From an uncultured Deinococcales bacterium (GTDB lineage: Bacteria; Deinococcota; Deinococci; Deinococcales; JAAFIG01): a stretch of DNA of 21,354 bases. Positions 1-8,418 of the stretch are shown piece by piece. Numbering within the stretch: position 1 is the stretch's first letter; each line of letters begins with the position of its first letter. Made by a program: the position numbers and the translations under genes. The notes under the pieces were generated by a model that had not been told where the DNA came from, made no database searches, and saw only the letters and a list, made by a program, of their open reading frames with translations. The DNA lies in NCBI GenBank assembly GCA_964247135.1, contig CAXTTL010000062.1:1-21354 (forward strand). Direction: 5' to 3'.

Positions 1-853
1 GCGCATGAACAAAACGACCCTCGAGTTGCTCGAGAAGATCGGCTCGAATGCTGGGGTTCGTGAATTGCTCGTGCCTGCGGCGTCCGAAGTCAGTGAAACG
101 CAATTGCTTTCCCGCGATGGGCGCGAGTTGCCTGGCGGTGTGTTCAGTTTGCGCTTTCACAGCCTCGAAGCCGCTCGAGCCGCGTTGGAAAGCCTTAAAG
201 TCTTCGAGCGTTCCGAATTTGTTGGTGATGGACTCTCGAATGTCTGCCAGCCATCAAGTTCGAGTCATCGTGCTTTGGAGGCACACGGCTTAGAACCCGA
301 CCCGCGCATTTTACGGTTTGCGGTCGGTTTGGAAGATACCAGGGATTTGTGGCGCGACCTCGAGCGGATGCTTGAGGCAGTTGCCCCGTTCACGCCTGAC
401 CCCGAACCAGAACCTGAAATCATCGAACCTGACGAACCCGAAGGTCAAGCCAAAACCTTTGATCCGGCGCTCGAGTCTCTGGTGAAGGGCATGAATGCCG
501 AAGAGGTGAAGTTGTTTGCGCGTTTGCGCGACTGGCGCAACCTGGCAGCCGAAAAGCTCGAGTTGAGCGGTTTTATGATTGCCTCCAACGCGATTCTTGC
601 CAACATTGCCAAAGCCAACCCGAGCACGCTCGAGGCACTGGCGGAGGTCAAAGGCATCGGACCAGAGCGGTTAAAACGTTACGGCGCGACCATGCTCGAG
701 GTGCTGGGCGACCCCGATGTGCTTGAGCGTTTGTTCCCAGAAACGCCCGAAGTTGAAGCCGAAACCGAATCGAAATCGGTAACTGAAACCTCGAGTCAAG
801 CCAAGACGTTTGACCGTCGCAAACGCCGTCGTAAGCGTCCAAAGGGTGTCTGA
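1..853 (+). CDS. Cys/Met-metabolism PLP-enzyme-like (cystathionine gamma-lyase/synthase C-terminal) domain fused to an HRDC domain; probably 5'-truncated by the window edge
   Basis: GGVFSL...RILRFAVGLEDTRDLWRDLERML matches the C-terminus of trans-sulfuration enzymes (canonical LIRLSVGLEDxxDLxxDL). An acidic Pro/Glu linker follows, then the HRDC signature LFARLRDWRNLAAEKLELSGFMIASNAILANIAKANPSTLEALAEVKGIGPERLKRYG and a basic tail RRKRRRKRPK. The frame is open to the window start and the N-terminal PLP domain is absent, so the true start is probably upstream of the window. Confidence 0.8.
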   Translation, partial: RMNKTTLELLEKIGSNAGVRELLVPAASEVSETQLLSRDGRELPGGVFSLRFHSLEAARAALESLKVFERSEFVGDGLSNVCQPSSSSHRALEAHGLEPDPRILRFAVGLEDTRDLWRDLERMLEAVAPFTPDPEPEPEIIEPDEPEGQAKTFDPALESLVKGMNAEEVKLFARLRDWRNLAAEKLELSGFMIASNAILANIAKANPSTLEALAEVKGIGPERLKRYGATMLEVLGDPDVLERLFPETPEVEAETESKSVTETSSQAKTFDRRKRRRKRPKGV

Positions 854-857
854 ATCC

Positions 858-885
858 GTAGGGGCGCTCCTTGCTGTGCCCTCTA
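858..885. repeat. GTAG-type REP-like palindrome (degenerate)
   Basis: GTAGGGGCGC-tccttgct-GTGCCCTCTA lies 4 nt after the stop codon. It shares the GTAGGGGCGC start with the copy at 7337. Confidence 0.6.
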
Positions 886-907
886 TCTCGTCTCGAGCAG
901 GAGTGCC

Positions 908-1882
908 ATGAAAGTTGTGTTATCTGGGTATTACGGTTTTGCCAACACGGGCGACGAAGCGATTTTGCTTGCCATCACCCGTGAACTGAAACGACTTGGA
1001 CACACGCCAATCGTTTTGTCTCAAACGCCCAGCGACACCGCCCAAAAGTACGGCGTCACCTCTAAAGCCAGAATGCAGCCGCTCGAGCTTTTAGACGCAC
1101 TGTGGAGCGCGGATGCCCTGCTTTCTGGAGGCGGTGGGTTGCTGCAAGACAAAACCAGCGCCCGAACGTTAACCTACTACCTGACCATCATCCGAATTGC
1201 CAGGTTGTTCGGCAAGAAAGTCGCCATTTTCAACCAAAGCATCGGACCACTCTCGAGGAACGGCGAAAAAAGTGTTGCCAGCGCTTTAAAAGGCATCAAC
1301 GCCATCGTGCGCGAAAAGACCTCGCAAGCCTACCTCGAGCGGCTCGGCATTCCGACCAAACTTGGTGGCGACCCCGCGTTGTTGCTCGAAGCCAAAGCAG
1401 TTTCTCGAGATGCCAATACGGTGGTGCTTGCGCCGCGTGGTGGACAACCAGGTGCAACCGCAAAACTCGCCGAACTGGCTCGAGTTTTGATTCAAAACGG
1501 CAAGCGCGTGATCGCGCTGTCGTTCCAACCAGGGGTGGACACCAGCGAACTCGAGGCATTTAAGACCATAACGGGCGTGCAACTCGAGGAAACTGCAGAC
1601 CCAGACCGTGCGCTCGAGATTATTGCTGGGGCTGGCGCGGTGGTCGGTGTCCGACTTCATGCTGTGATCTTGGGTGCGGCGGCAGGGACAACGTTTTATG
1701 GGATCAGTTACGACCCGAAAGTCGCGGCGTTCTGCCAAGATGCTGGCGCGTTGTCGCTTGGTACAGATTTTGATGTCTCTGTGCTCTTAAATGCGATTCT
1801 CGAGCGGCGACAACCCGATTGGAATGCAGTTAACGCCATGCGTGACCGTGCTCGAGCCAGTTTTTTGCTGGCGTTAAACTGA
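908..1882 (+). CDS. csaB: Polysaccharide pyruvyl transferase CsaB
   Basis: N-terminal SGYYGFANTGDEAIL, SGGGGLLQDKTS, QSIGPL, GVRLHAVI and ISYDPKV are CsaB family motifs. AGGAG SD precedes the ATG. Confidence 0.92.
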   Translation: MKVVLSGYYGFANTGDEAILLAITRELKRLGHTPIVLSQTPSDTAQKYGVTSKARMQPLELLDALWSADALLSGGGGLLQDKTSARTLTYYLTIIRIARLFGKKVAIFNQSIGPLSRNGEKSVASALKGINAIVREKTSQAYLERLGIPTKLGGDPALLLEAKAVSRDANTVVLAPRGGQPGATAKLAELARVLIQNGKRVIALSFQPGVDTSELEAFKTITGVQLEETADPDRALEIIAGAGAVVGVRLHAVILGAAAGTTFYGISYDPKVAAFCQDAGALSLGTDFDVSVLLNAILERRQPDWNAVNAMRDRARASFLLALN

Positions 1883-1883
1883 T

Positions 1884-2633
1884 TTAAAGCTCAAGCACCA
1901 AACTTGGGTTGAAGCTGGGCACGCGTTCGTCAGGGTACCCGCGTTGATTGCTGATGATTCGCGTCGAACCGTGTGTAAAATCGGCGTTGTGATGCGTATG
2001 ACCGTAAATCCAGAGATCAATTTTAAAACCTTCGATCAATGGCTCGAGGTTGGTGGCAAAAGCCGCCGAAAGCAAATCGCCCTGGTATTTGGGATTAAAC
2101 GCTTTTGCGGTTGGTGCATGGTGCGTGACGACTACCGTGCGACCTGAAAACGGAATCTCGAGTTGCTGTTCTAACCACTTTAAGCTTGCGGAATGAAGCG
2201 TGGCGGTGTCCATTGGGCGCAAACGACTGAACTTTGGACTGTGCCGAATCAAACGGTAATCCGCCATTTTCTGTTGCGCGTCCCACATTGTTAAAGCACG
2301 ATTCTCGAGTCCTAAAATTTCAAAATCCGTCCAGAGTGTACAACCCAAAAACCGCACGTTCTGCAAAACAAAAGCGTCATTCTCGAGAACATGCACCTGC
2401 GAACCTCGAGCCAAATCTTGAAGCTCGGTGGTGAGTTTTGGAATGGCTGCGCCGTAATACTCGTGGTTGCCTGCCACGTACACCACAGGAATTTCAGAGG
2501 TTTTTAAAGCCTGTTCGAGTCCAGATAATTTTGTGCCAATGTCCCCAGCCAGCACCAGCACATCCGCATCCGTTTTTGGAATGGTGAATGCTGCAAATTC
2601 GGTGTGCAAATCGCTAAGGACATGAAGTTTCAT
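1884..2633 (-). CDS. Calcineurin-like metallophosphoesterase
   Basis: All five metal-binding motifs are present: SDLH, AGDI, GNHE, THH and GHTH. Confidence 0.9.
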   Translation of the reverse strand: MKLHVLSDLHTEFAAFTIPKTDADVLVLAGDIGTKLSGLEQALKTSEIPVVYVAGNHEYYGAAIPKLTTELQDLARGSQVHVLENDAFVLQNVRFLGCTLWTDFEILGLENRALTMWDAQQKMADYRLIRHSPKFSRLRPMDTATLHSASLKWLEQQLEIPFSGRTVVVTHHAPTAKAFNPKYQGDLLSAAFATNLEPLIEGFKIDLWIYGHTHHNADFTHGSTRIISNQRGYPDERVPSFNPSLVLEL

Positions 2634-2685
2634 GCCCAGTCATACACTATTCTGGCTTGAAAATCATGTTTGAACCTGATGAATA

Positions 2686-3078
2686 TTAATTTGCATTCAG
2701 ACGGCGTTGAGCTACTAACGCCCGAATATTTTGCATTGGAGGAATAATCCACAAATACGTCAGTCCTAACCATCCAGTCATGATGGTTGCATATATTAAT
2801 GAACGCATTGAGTCAGGCGATAAACCGATAACGCAAAACACTGAGCAAAAATAATACATAACTGTGATGATGGCTAATGCTGCCGATCCATAATATTCAA
2901 TACCAAGGAAAAGCAATGATTTAAATTTTTGAGCTGGTGTATTGCCACGCAACTGATGTTTCGCATATTCTCGCCATGCGTCAACAAAAAATCGCCACAC
3001 AGTTGGTAAAAATGGAATAATACGATCAACAATCGCCGCTAAAATCACTAGCAGAATCCCCTCTATCATGCTAGACAT
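2686..3078 (-). CDS. AT-rich hypothetical membrane protein (start may be the ATG at 3069)
   Basis: 130-aa ORF with about 3 hydrophobic segments. It is visibly AT-richer than its neighbours and fills an otherwise empty gap. No family recognised. Confidence 0.5.
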   Translation of the reverse strand: MSSMIEGILLVILAAIVDRIIPFLPTVWRFFVDAWREYAKHQLRGNTPAQKFKSLLFLGIEYYGSAALAIITVMYYFCSVFCVIGLSPDSMRSLIYATIMTGWLGLTYLWIIPPMQNIRALVAQRRLNAN

Positions 3079-3145
3079 AATAGCATAAGTTTTTTAGATT
3101 TTAACAAAACAACATATTTTGTTGATACGCTTGATATTTCGAGCT

Positions 3146-5227
3146 TTACATTTTCACCTGACGGATTTTTAAGACCACACTGCGAAAATTTTGGAGTTGC
3201 ACATCAAGCCCAACGTGCATCAATGCCGCGCCAGACCGTGCGCCCGTAAACCCTTCAACTTCGTACAAGCTTTGCGGCTCGAGTCCAGCCAATTTGATGT
3301 TGGGCAGGGTCACGGGTTCGGGCAGGTGCGTGCGGAAGGCGAACAGTACGGCTTCGGATTGGTCTTTGGTGACATACATGAGGCTCGAGAATGCGTTTGT
3401 GAAGGCGCTCCGCAAACGGTATTGATGCCCGAATTGAACGATGTGGCGAATGTCTTTGTACTGGGCAATCAGTTTTGTGGCGGTTTGACGTTGTGTGGTG
3501 TCCCAGTGCAGCAGATTCGCGCCCACCCCGAGCGTGCCAGCCATTGCCACGTGAAACGCGAACTCGAGCGGCAAGTGCTTGGGGTCTGAATCCGTGACCC
3601 AAGCTTCCATCGTGATGGCTGGAAAAACTTGCGAGAAGCCTTCTTGAATGTTGAGCCTCGAGAGTGACATGGTGTTGTCGCTGATCCAGATTTGATCGGC
3701 AAATTTCAAAATGCCCAGGTCGGCGCGTCCGCCACCGCCAGAGCAGCTTTGCCAGACGACCTTCGGGTGACGTTCGCGCAATGTTCCCCAAAGACGGTAA
3801 AGCCCTTGGACGTAACGCACCCAGATGGCTCGAGCTTCCAAGCCTTCCAAGCCGCCTGGTTCGGAGACGTTGCGGTTCATGTCCCATTTGATGAACGCGA
3901 TGTTGTGGTCGGTCAGCAGCTTGTCAATCAGGGCAATCAGGTAATCTTGCACCTCGGTTAACGCCAAATTGAGGATCAGTTGATCGCGCATCAGGGTGCG
4001 TTCGCGGGTCGGGAAGTGAATTACCTAGTCAGGATGCGCACGGTACAAATCCGAATTGGGGCTGACCATTTCAGGCTCGAGCCACAACCCAAATTCCATG
4101 CCGAGCGCGTTGACTTTCTCAATTAAAGGTGTGATGCCGTTGGGGAATTTTGTTTCGTCCGCCCACCAGTCCCCCAGGGCGGCGTTGTCGCTGCCCCGAC
4201 CATGAAACCAACCGTCGTCCATAACGAACAATTCCACGCCCAGACCGGCGGCAATTTGTGCCAGCTCAGCCTGCGATTTTTCGTCCACGTTGAAATACGT
4301 GGCTTCCCAAGAGTTGTACAAGACCTTGTGCAGCACCTCGCCGTGCGGCAAAACACTTTCGTGCACGAACGAATGCAGCGCCCGAGCTGCGCCACCAAAC
4401 CCCGCGCTCGAGAATCCGGCGATGCTGGAGGGCGTGGTGAAACTCGAGTTGGCATAAAGGGGCAGCATAAAATCCCAGTCGTTGATGCCGAAATTGATGC
4501 GCGTCGAACCAAATTCGGTGACTTCGGCGTTCAGTTTCCAATTGCCGCTCCAAGCCAGCACACCAAACCAAACCTCGCCAGCGGTTTCGCTCGAGTTGCC
4601 AGTTTCAATCGCAAACCAGGGGTTGAACTGATGGCTGGTGGTCAAACGCCGTGACTCGAGGGTTTTGATGCCAGTTTGCAACCAGCCACGTTGAAGTTGG
4701 GTTTCATTGTACCAATGCCCTGAAAGTTGAGACAGACGGTAATTCTCGTAACGTGGGAAATGCCATTGTGCCGAAAAAATTCGCTCGAGTTGGATCAAAT
4801 CGTTGCCCGTATTTTGTACGGTGACAAGACGCTCGAGCAAATCAAAGCTTTCATGAATTCGGTAATGCAAGGTTACACGGAGCGGATAATGCTTGTCTCG
4901 CAAATGAATTTTTAACTCAGACTCGAGCACTTCGCTGCCCTCAAACTCGAGCACCGTATCGCGCACACCGTCGGAAAAACTCAGTTTGAGGCAGGGGTCA
5001 ACATAGCTCGCGCCAGCATAAGCGGGGTACTCGTAGGGCACAGTTTGTCCCGAACCACTAAACGAAGAAAACCCCTCAGAATCCATTGCGGGTGGGTAAT
5101 CCTCGAGCCGTGGCAATTTCGCGCCCCAGTACCTGTGCGTGAGCATTCCAGCCGCGTTCAAACCCAGGGCGTAAGCGGTGTTTTGCGTCTCGAGAATCCA
5201 AGATGTTTCGGTGGCATAAATCGGCAT
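3146..5227 (-). pseudogene. GH36 alpha-galactosidase interrupted by one in-frame TAG at 4025-4027
   Basis: ORFs 4025..5227 and 3146..3991 are in the same frame and read ...YRAHPD*VIHFPTRERTLMRDQLILNL..., about 693 codons in total. GH36 motifs YNSWEA, MDDGWF and GLWLEPEM are in the first part. KWDMNR, CSGGGGR and WISDNT are in the second part. The stop lies at the conserved HPDW Trp (TGG>TAG). Confidence 0.85.
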
Positions 5228-5260
5228 GACCTGATTCTAACCATTCAAGCTCGAGCTTGA
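5228..5260 (-). promoter_or_regulatory. Candidate leaderless promoter of the GH36 gene with an adjacent perfect 16-bp palindrome
   Basis: The minus strand reads TCAAGCTCGAGCTTGA-atggt-TAGAAT-caggtc-ATG. A TANNNT hexamer sits 6 nt before the ATG and there is no SD. Confidence 0.55.
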
Positions 5261-5261
5261 T

Positions 5262-6128
5262 TTACAGACCGTCGTCGTCGCGCCAATGGTTTTGCCAACG
5301 GGCATCAATCGGGTCGAGCTTGCGCTGATAGCGAATGTCCGTTGAAAGCCGCATTCGCCCGTCGGGATCGGTGTTGTTCAAACTCGCATGAACCAAATAC
5401 GGCGAATGCACCACCATGTCACCCGCCTGGTAATCCGCGATCAACCAGCGCGTCTCGAGTTGATTTGCCAGCGCGGGCAGGTCATAGGTGATGTGCTCGG
5501 CTCTGAGCGTGCCACCCTCGAGTTTGTCCCGCGCCTCGAAGTGCTTGTGGCTGCGCTCGAGGTAGGTCAAACCGCCACGGTTGACGGGGCAATCGCCCAG
5601 TGGAATCCAAGCCGAAAGCAAGTTCTCTGTGCCTTCGCGCAGGTACACCAGGTCGTAATGCGCGGGTGTGACCCAGGTGTCGTTCGGTTTGGCGTGACGA
5701 ATCAATTTGCGTTGGTGCAAATGCACCTCGCCGTCGAACAACCAGGCAAAAAATCCTTTGACCGCGCTCGAGCTGCAAAAATCCAGGTAGGTTTCACCAG
5801 GCACAATCTCGTCGAACAACACGCGGCGCACCTCAGCCAGATTGACAGTACCGCTCGAAGCGATGCCATCTTCGGGTTTGGAATTGGCTTCGAGCAAACC
5901 AGAACCGTACAATTTCTCAAAATAAAACCGTCTGAACTCGAGCGACATTTCTTGCCCCAACGCGCCCTTTAAAAACAGATAACCTTCATGCTCGAGCCTC
6001 GCCCAAAGTGCTTTGCGGTCATAACGTTCAATTTCGGGCACAGGCTCGAGCCAACCCAAACGACCAGGTTTATTCTCGAGCACGTAATCTCGGCAGGCAA
6101 GATTGGTGAATTCGGCGTTCATGGTCAT
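5262..6128 (-). CDS. Phytanoyl-CoA dioxygenase (PhyH) family Fe(II)/2-oxoglutarate dioxygenase
   Basis: HxD motif (TPAHYD), AWIPLGD, GGLTYL, AGDMVVH, distal His (HASLNN) and the 2OG-binding Arg (RLSTDIRY). Confidence 0.88.
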   Translation of the reverse strand: MTMNAEFTNLACRDYVLENKPGRLGWLEPVPEIERYDRKALWARLEHEGYLFLKGALGQEMSLEFRRFYFEKLYGSGLLEANSKPEDGIASSGTVNLAEVRRVLFDEIVPGETYLDFCSSSAVKGFFAWLFDGEVHLHQRKLIRHAKPNDTWVTPAHYDLVYLREGTENLLSAWIPLGDCPVNRGGLTYLERSHKHFEARDKLEGGTLRAEHITYDLPALANQLETRWLIADYQAGDMVVHSPYLVHASLNNTDPDGRMRLSTDIRYQRKLDPIDARWQNHWRDDDGL

Positions 6129-6141
6129 TCCAGTTTAACGT

Positions 6142-7293
6142 CTAACCTCGGGTGTCCACCACCAAACCGCCCTCGAGTTTGTCCACAACCCGCATTTCGT
6201 TCATACCAATGCCGAGCGCTTGCCTGAACATCGGCTCGAGTGTTGAGGTGTCCGCGCTGGCTTCGCCGAGCAAATGCAGATTGAGGTGATCTGTGCCAGA
6301 CTGGGTTCTCGAGATGATGAGCTGAAATTGTTTGGCGTCCAAACCAGGCACGCTTGCCAGAATCGGTCCGAGTTCTCGAGGATAAAGCTTCACGCCTTTA
6401 ACCTTGACCATCTCGTCGGTGCGTCCAATCATGCCTCGAGGAAAACGAATTCGACCGTCCGTCAGTCGCTCGACCACGGTCAAATCGCCCGTGCGAAAAC
6501 GAACGAGCGGCATGATCTCCCTCGCCAGGGTTGTAATCACCAACTCGCCCTTTTCACCGCTCGGTGTCGGCTCGAGTGTGATTGGGTCAACCACCTCGAG
6601 AATTGCCATGTTCTCGAGCGGTTCAAGTCCGTTTTGAGCCAGGGTTTCGCTTGCCACCAAACCCGTTTCGCTCATGCCGAACACGTCAAACGCCTTGCCG
6701 CCAATCGCCGTCTCGACGCGTTCGCGGTAGCCTGGAACGCTGGTGAACGCCTCGCCAGCCGCAATCAAAAATTTGAACCGTGCGCCAGCCTCAGCAACCC
6801 GCAAAGCAAACGTCGGGTTTGAAATCAAAACGTCATACTCGTGGTCGTTGGCAATCTGCGCCAAGCGATCCGCCTCGCCGGGACCGTGCGGCAGCACCGT
6901 CGCGCCGACCTGCAAGAGCGCCTCGTGAAACAACCAACCGCCCGCAAAGACATGATACCCAAATGCCACAATCACCCTCGAGCCGCGCCCGATGCCGAGC
7001 CGCGAGAACAACTCAGCGGTCGCATTGGCTTGCCATGCCAAATCGTTCTTGGAAAGGTACTCGGGCATCCAACCGCCAGGGGCGGGCGTCAAATGCACCA
7101 ACGCCGCATCAGTCAGGTCAAAACCGCCGTGTTTGTGCTTGCCAAACGCCTCTGCCAGATCGCCCCGCGTCGTGAATTCCAACTTCGAGAGGTCAGACAC
7201 CGAAGCACTTTCAAAATGCTCGAGTTTATGCTGGTACAACCCCAGGGTTCGCGCACGCTCGAGCACGTGTTGCAATTGTTGATTTCGGTTCAC
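6142..7293 (-). CDS. Phenylacetate-CoA ligase (PaaK)-family adenylate-forming protein with a divergent P-loop
   Basis: Motifs FGYHVFAGG, AGE, FGMSETG, GEKGELVITTL, PLVRFRTGDL and GRTDEMVKVKGVKLYP. The GTG at 7293 is preceded by GGAG; the ORF track starts at the TTG at 7305. Confidence 0.82.
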   Translation of the reverse strand: MNRNQQLQHVLERARTLGLYQHKLEHFESASVSDLSKLEFTTRGDLAEAFGKHKHGGFDLTDAALVHLTPAPGGWMPEYLSKNDLAWQANATAELFSRLGIGRGSRVIVAFGYHVFAGGWLFHEALLQVGATVLPHGPGEADRLAQIANDHEYDVLISNPTFALRVAEAGARFKFLIAAGEAFTSVPGYRERVETAIGGKAFDVFGMSETGLVASETLAQNGLEPLENMAILEVVDPITLEPTPSGEKGELVITTLAREIMPLVRFRTGDLTVVERLTDGRIRFPRGMIGRTDEMVKVKGVKLYPRELGPILASVPGLDAKQFQLIISRTQSGTDHLNLHLLGEASADTSTLEPMFRQALGIGMNEMRVVDKLEGGLVVDTRG

Positions 7294-7336
7294 GGTGATC
7301 TCCAAGATTGATATGGCTCGAGGGTTGCGCAGTTCT

Positions 7337-7364
7337 GTAGGGGCGCATCGCCATGCGCCCCTAC
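7337..7364. repeat. GTAG-type REP palindrome
   Basis: Perfect 12-bp inverted repeat GTAGGGGCGCAT-cgcc-ATGCGCCCCTAC, intergenic. Confidence 0.8.
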
Positions 7365-7463
7365 GCGGGAACGTGTTTGTATGGCAAGTGATTTTGGATT
7401 TTGTCTTTCAAAAATAAATTCTCAAATTTATGATTCTGCTCGAGCTTCAAGCATCTTGAGTGT

Positions 7464-8300
7464 TTACATCCAACGCTTGCGGCGTTTGTACGATTTCACA
7501 TCGCGGTACGACTTGCGCCCGCCGCCCTCGGTCACGCCCAAATAAAATTCTTTGACATCAGGGTTGTCTTTTAATTCCGCCGCCGTTCCCTCGAGTACGA
7601 TCCGTCCAGATTCCATGATGTAACCGTAATCGGCATGGGCGAGCGCGACGTTGGCGTTTTGCTCGACGACCATCACGGTCACGCCCATTTCGACGTTGAT
7701 GCGTTTGACCAGTTCAAAAATTTCTTTGACCAGTAACGGCGCGATTCCGAGGCTGGGTTCATCCAACAACAGCATTTGCGGGTGTGCCATTAAAGCGCGT
7801 CCAATCGCCAGCATTTGTTGCTCGCCTCCCGAGCAATACCCAGCCTGACGGTTTCGCAGTTGCTCGAGGCGCGGAAAGTACGAGTACATCCGCTCGAGGT
7901 CAACTTTTGCATTCCCTTTGCCCGTGATCGAACCGACCCGCAAATTCTCTTCGACCGTCAAATGCTTGAACACGCGCCTGCCTTCGGGCACTTGCACAAT
8001 GCCTTTGCGCACAATCCCCTCAGCGGAAAGCATGTCGATGCGGTTTCCCTCGAGCGACACCTGCCCGTCGCGGATGCTGCCATTTTCGGGTTTTAACAAG
8101 CCCGAGATGGCTTTTAAAGTCGTGGTTTTCCCCGCGCCGTTCGTGCCCAAAAGTGCCACAATCTTACCCTTTGGAACCTCGAGACTGACGCCGCGCAACA
8201 CCTGCACAATATCGTGGTAAACAACTTCAATGTTGTTGACACTCAGTTGAATTGCGCCCAAGTCTTTTGGGTGCGTGGGTTGCAGCGCGGCTTGGGTCAT
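7464..8300 (-). CDS. livF: HAAT/branched-chain amino acid-type ABC transporter ATP-binding protein (LivF-like)
   Basis: Walker A GTNGAGKTT, VPEGRRVF, signature CSGGEQQM, Walker B LLLDEPS and VEQN. The real start is the ATG at 8300 after GGAG. The upstream extension in the ORF track runs through repeats. Confidence 0.9.
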   Translation of the reverse strand: MTQAALQPTHPKDLGAIQLSVNNIEVVYHDIVQVLRGVSLEVPKGKIVALLGTNGAGKTTTLKAISGLLKPENGSIRDGQVSLEGNRIDMLSAEGIVRKGIVQVPEGRRVFKHLTVEENLRVGSITGKGNAKVDLERMYSYFPRLEQLRNRQAGYCSGGEQQMLAIGRALMAHPQMLLLDEPSLGIAPLLVKEIFELVKRINVEMGVTVMVVEQNANVALAHADYGYIMESGRIVLEGTAAELKDNPDVKEFYLGVTEGGGRKSYRDVKSYKRRKRWM

Positions 8301-8311
8301 GGTTGTTCTCC

Positions 8312-8350
8312 GTGGTTTGAATGTGTGGTTTGAATGTGTGGTTTGAATGT
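8312..8350. repeat. Tandem repeat 3 x 13 bp (GTGGTTTGAATGT)
   Basis: Three perfect copies at 8312-8324, 8325-8337 and 8338-8350, abutting the livF SD. Confidence 0.95.
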
Positions 8351-8370
8351 TTTTGTTTGTCTGGGTGTTC

Positions 8371-8412
8371 GTAGGGGATGGTCTGAGACCATCCCCTACA
8401 CCATCCCCTACA
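8371..8412. repeat. GTAG-type REP palindrome with a tandem duplication of its right arm
   Basis: GTAGGGGATGGTC-tga-GACCATCCCCTAC at 8371-8399. CCATCCCCTACA is repeated at 8389-8400 and 8401-8412. Confidence 0.8.
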
Positions 8413-8418
8413 AGATTT

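Noticed and set aside
4025-4027. Genome-wide TAG reassignment or pyrrolysine
   Set aside because: TAG ends icd (17690) and the paaK-like gene (6142) at their expected C-termini. The interrupted position is a conserved Trp, one substitution away from TAG.
8312-8412. CRISPR array
   Set aside because: The repeats are 12-13 bp, directly tandem, with no unique spacers and no cas genes in the window.
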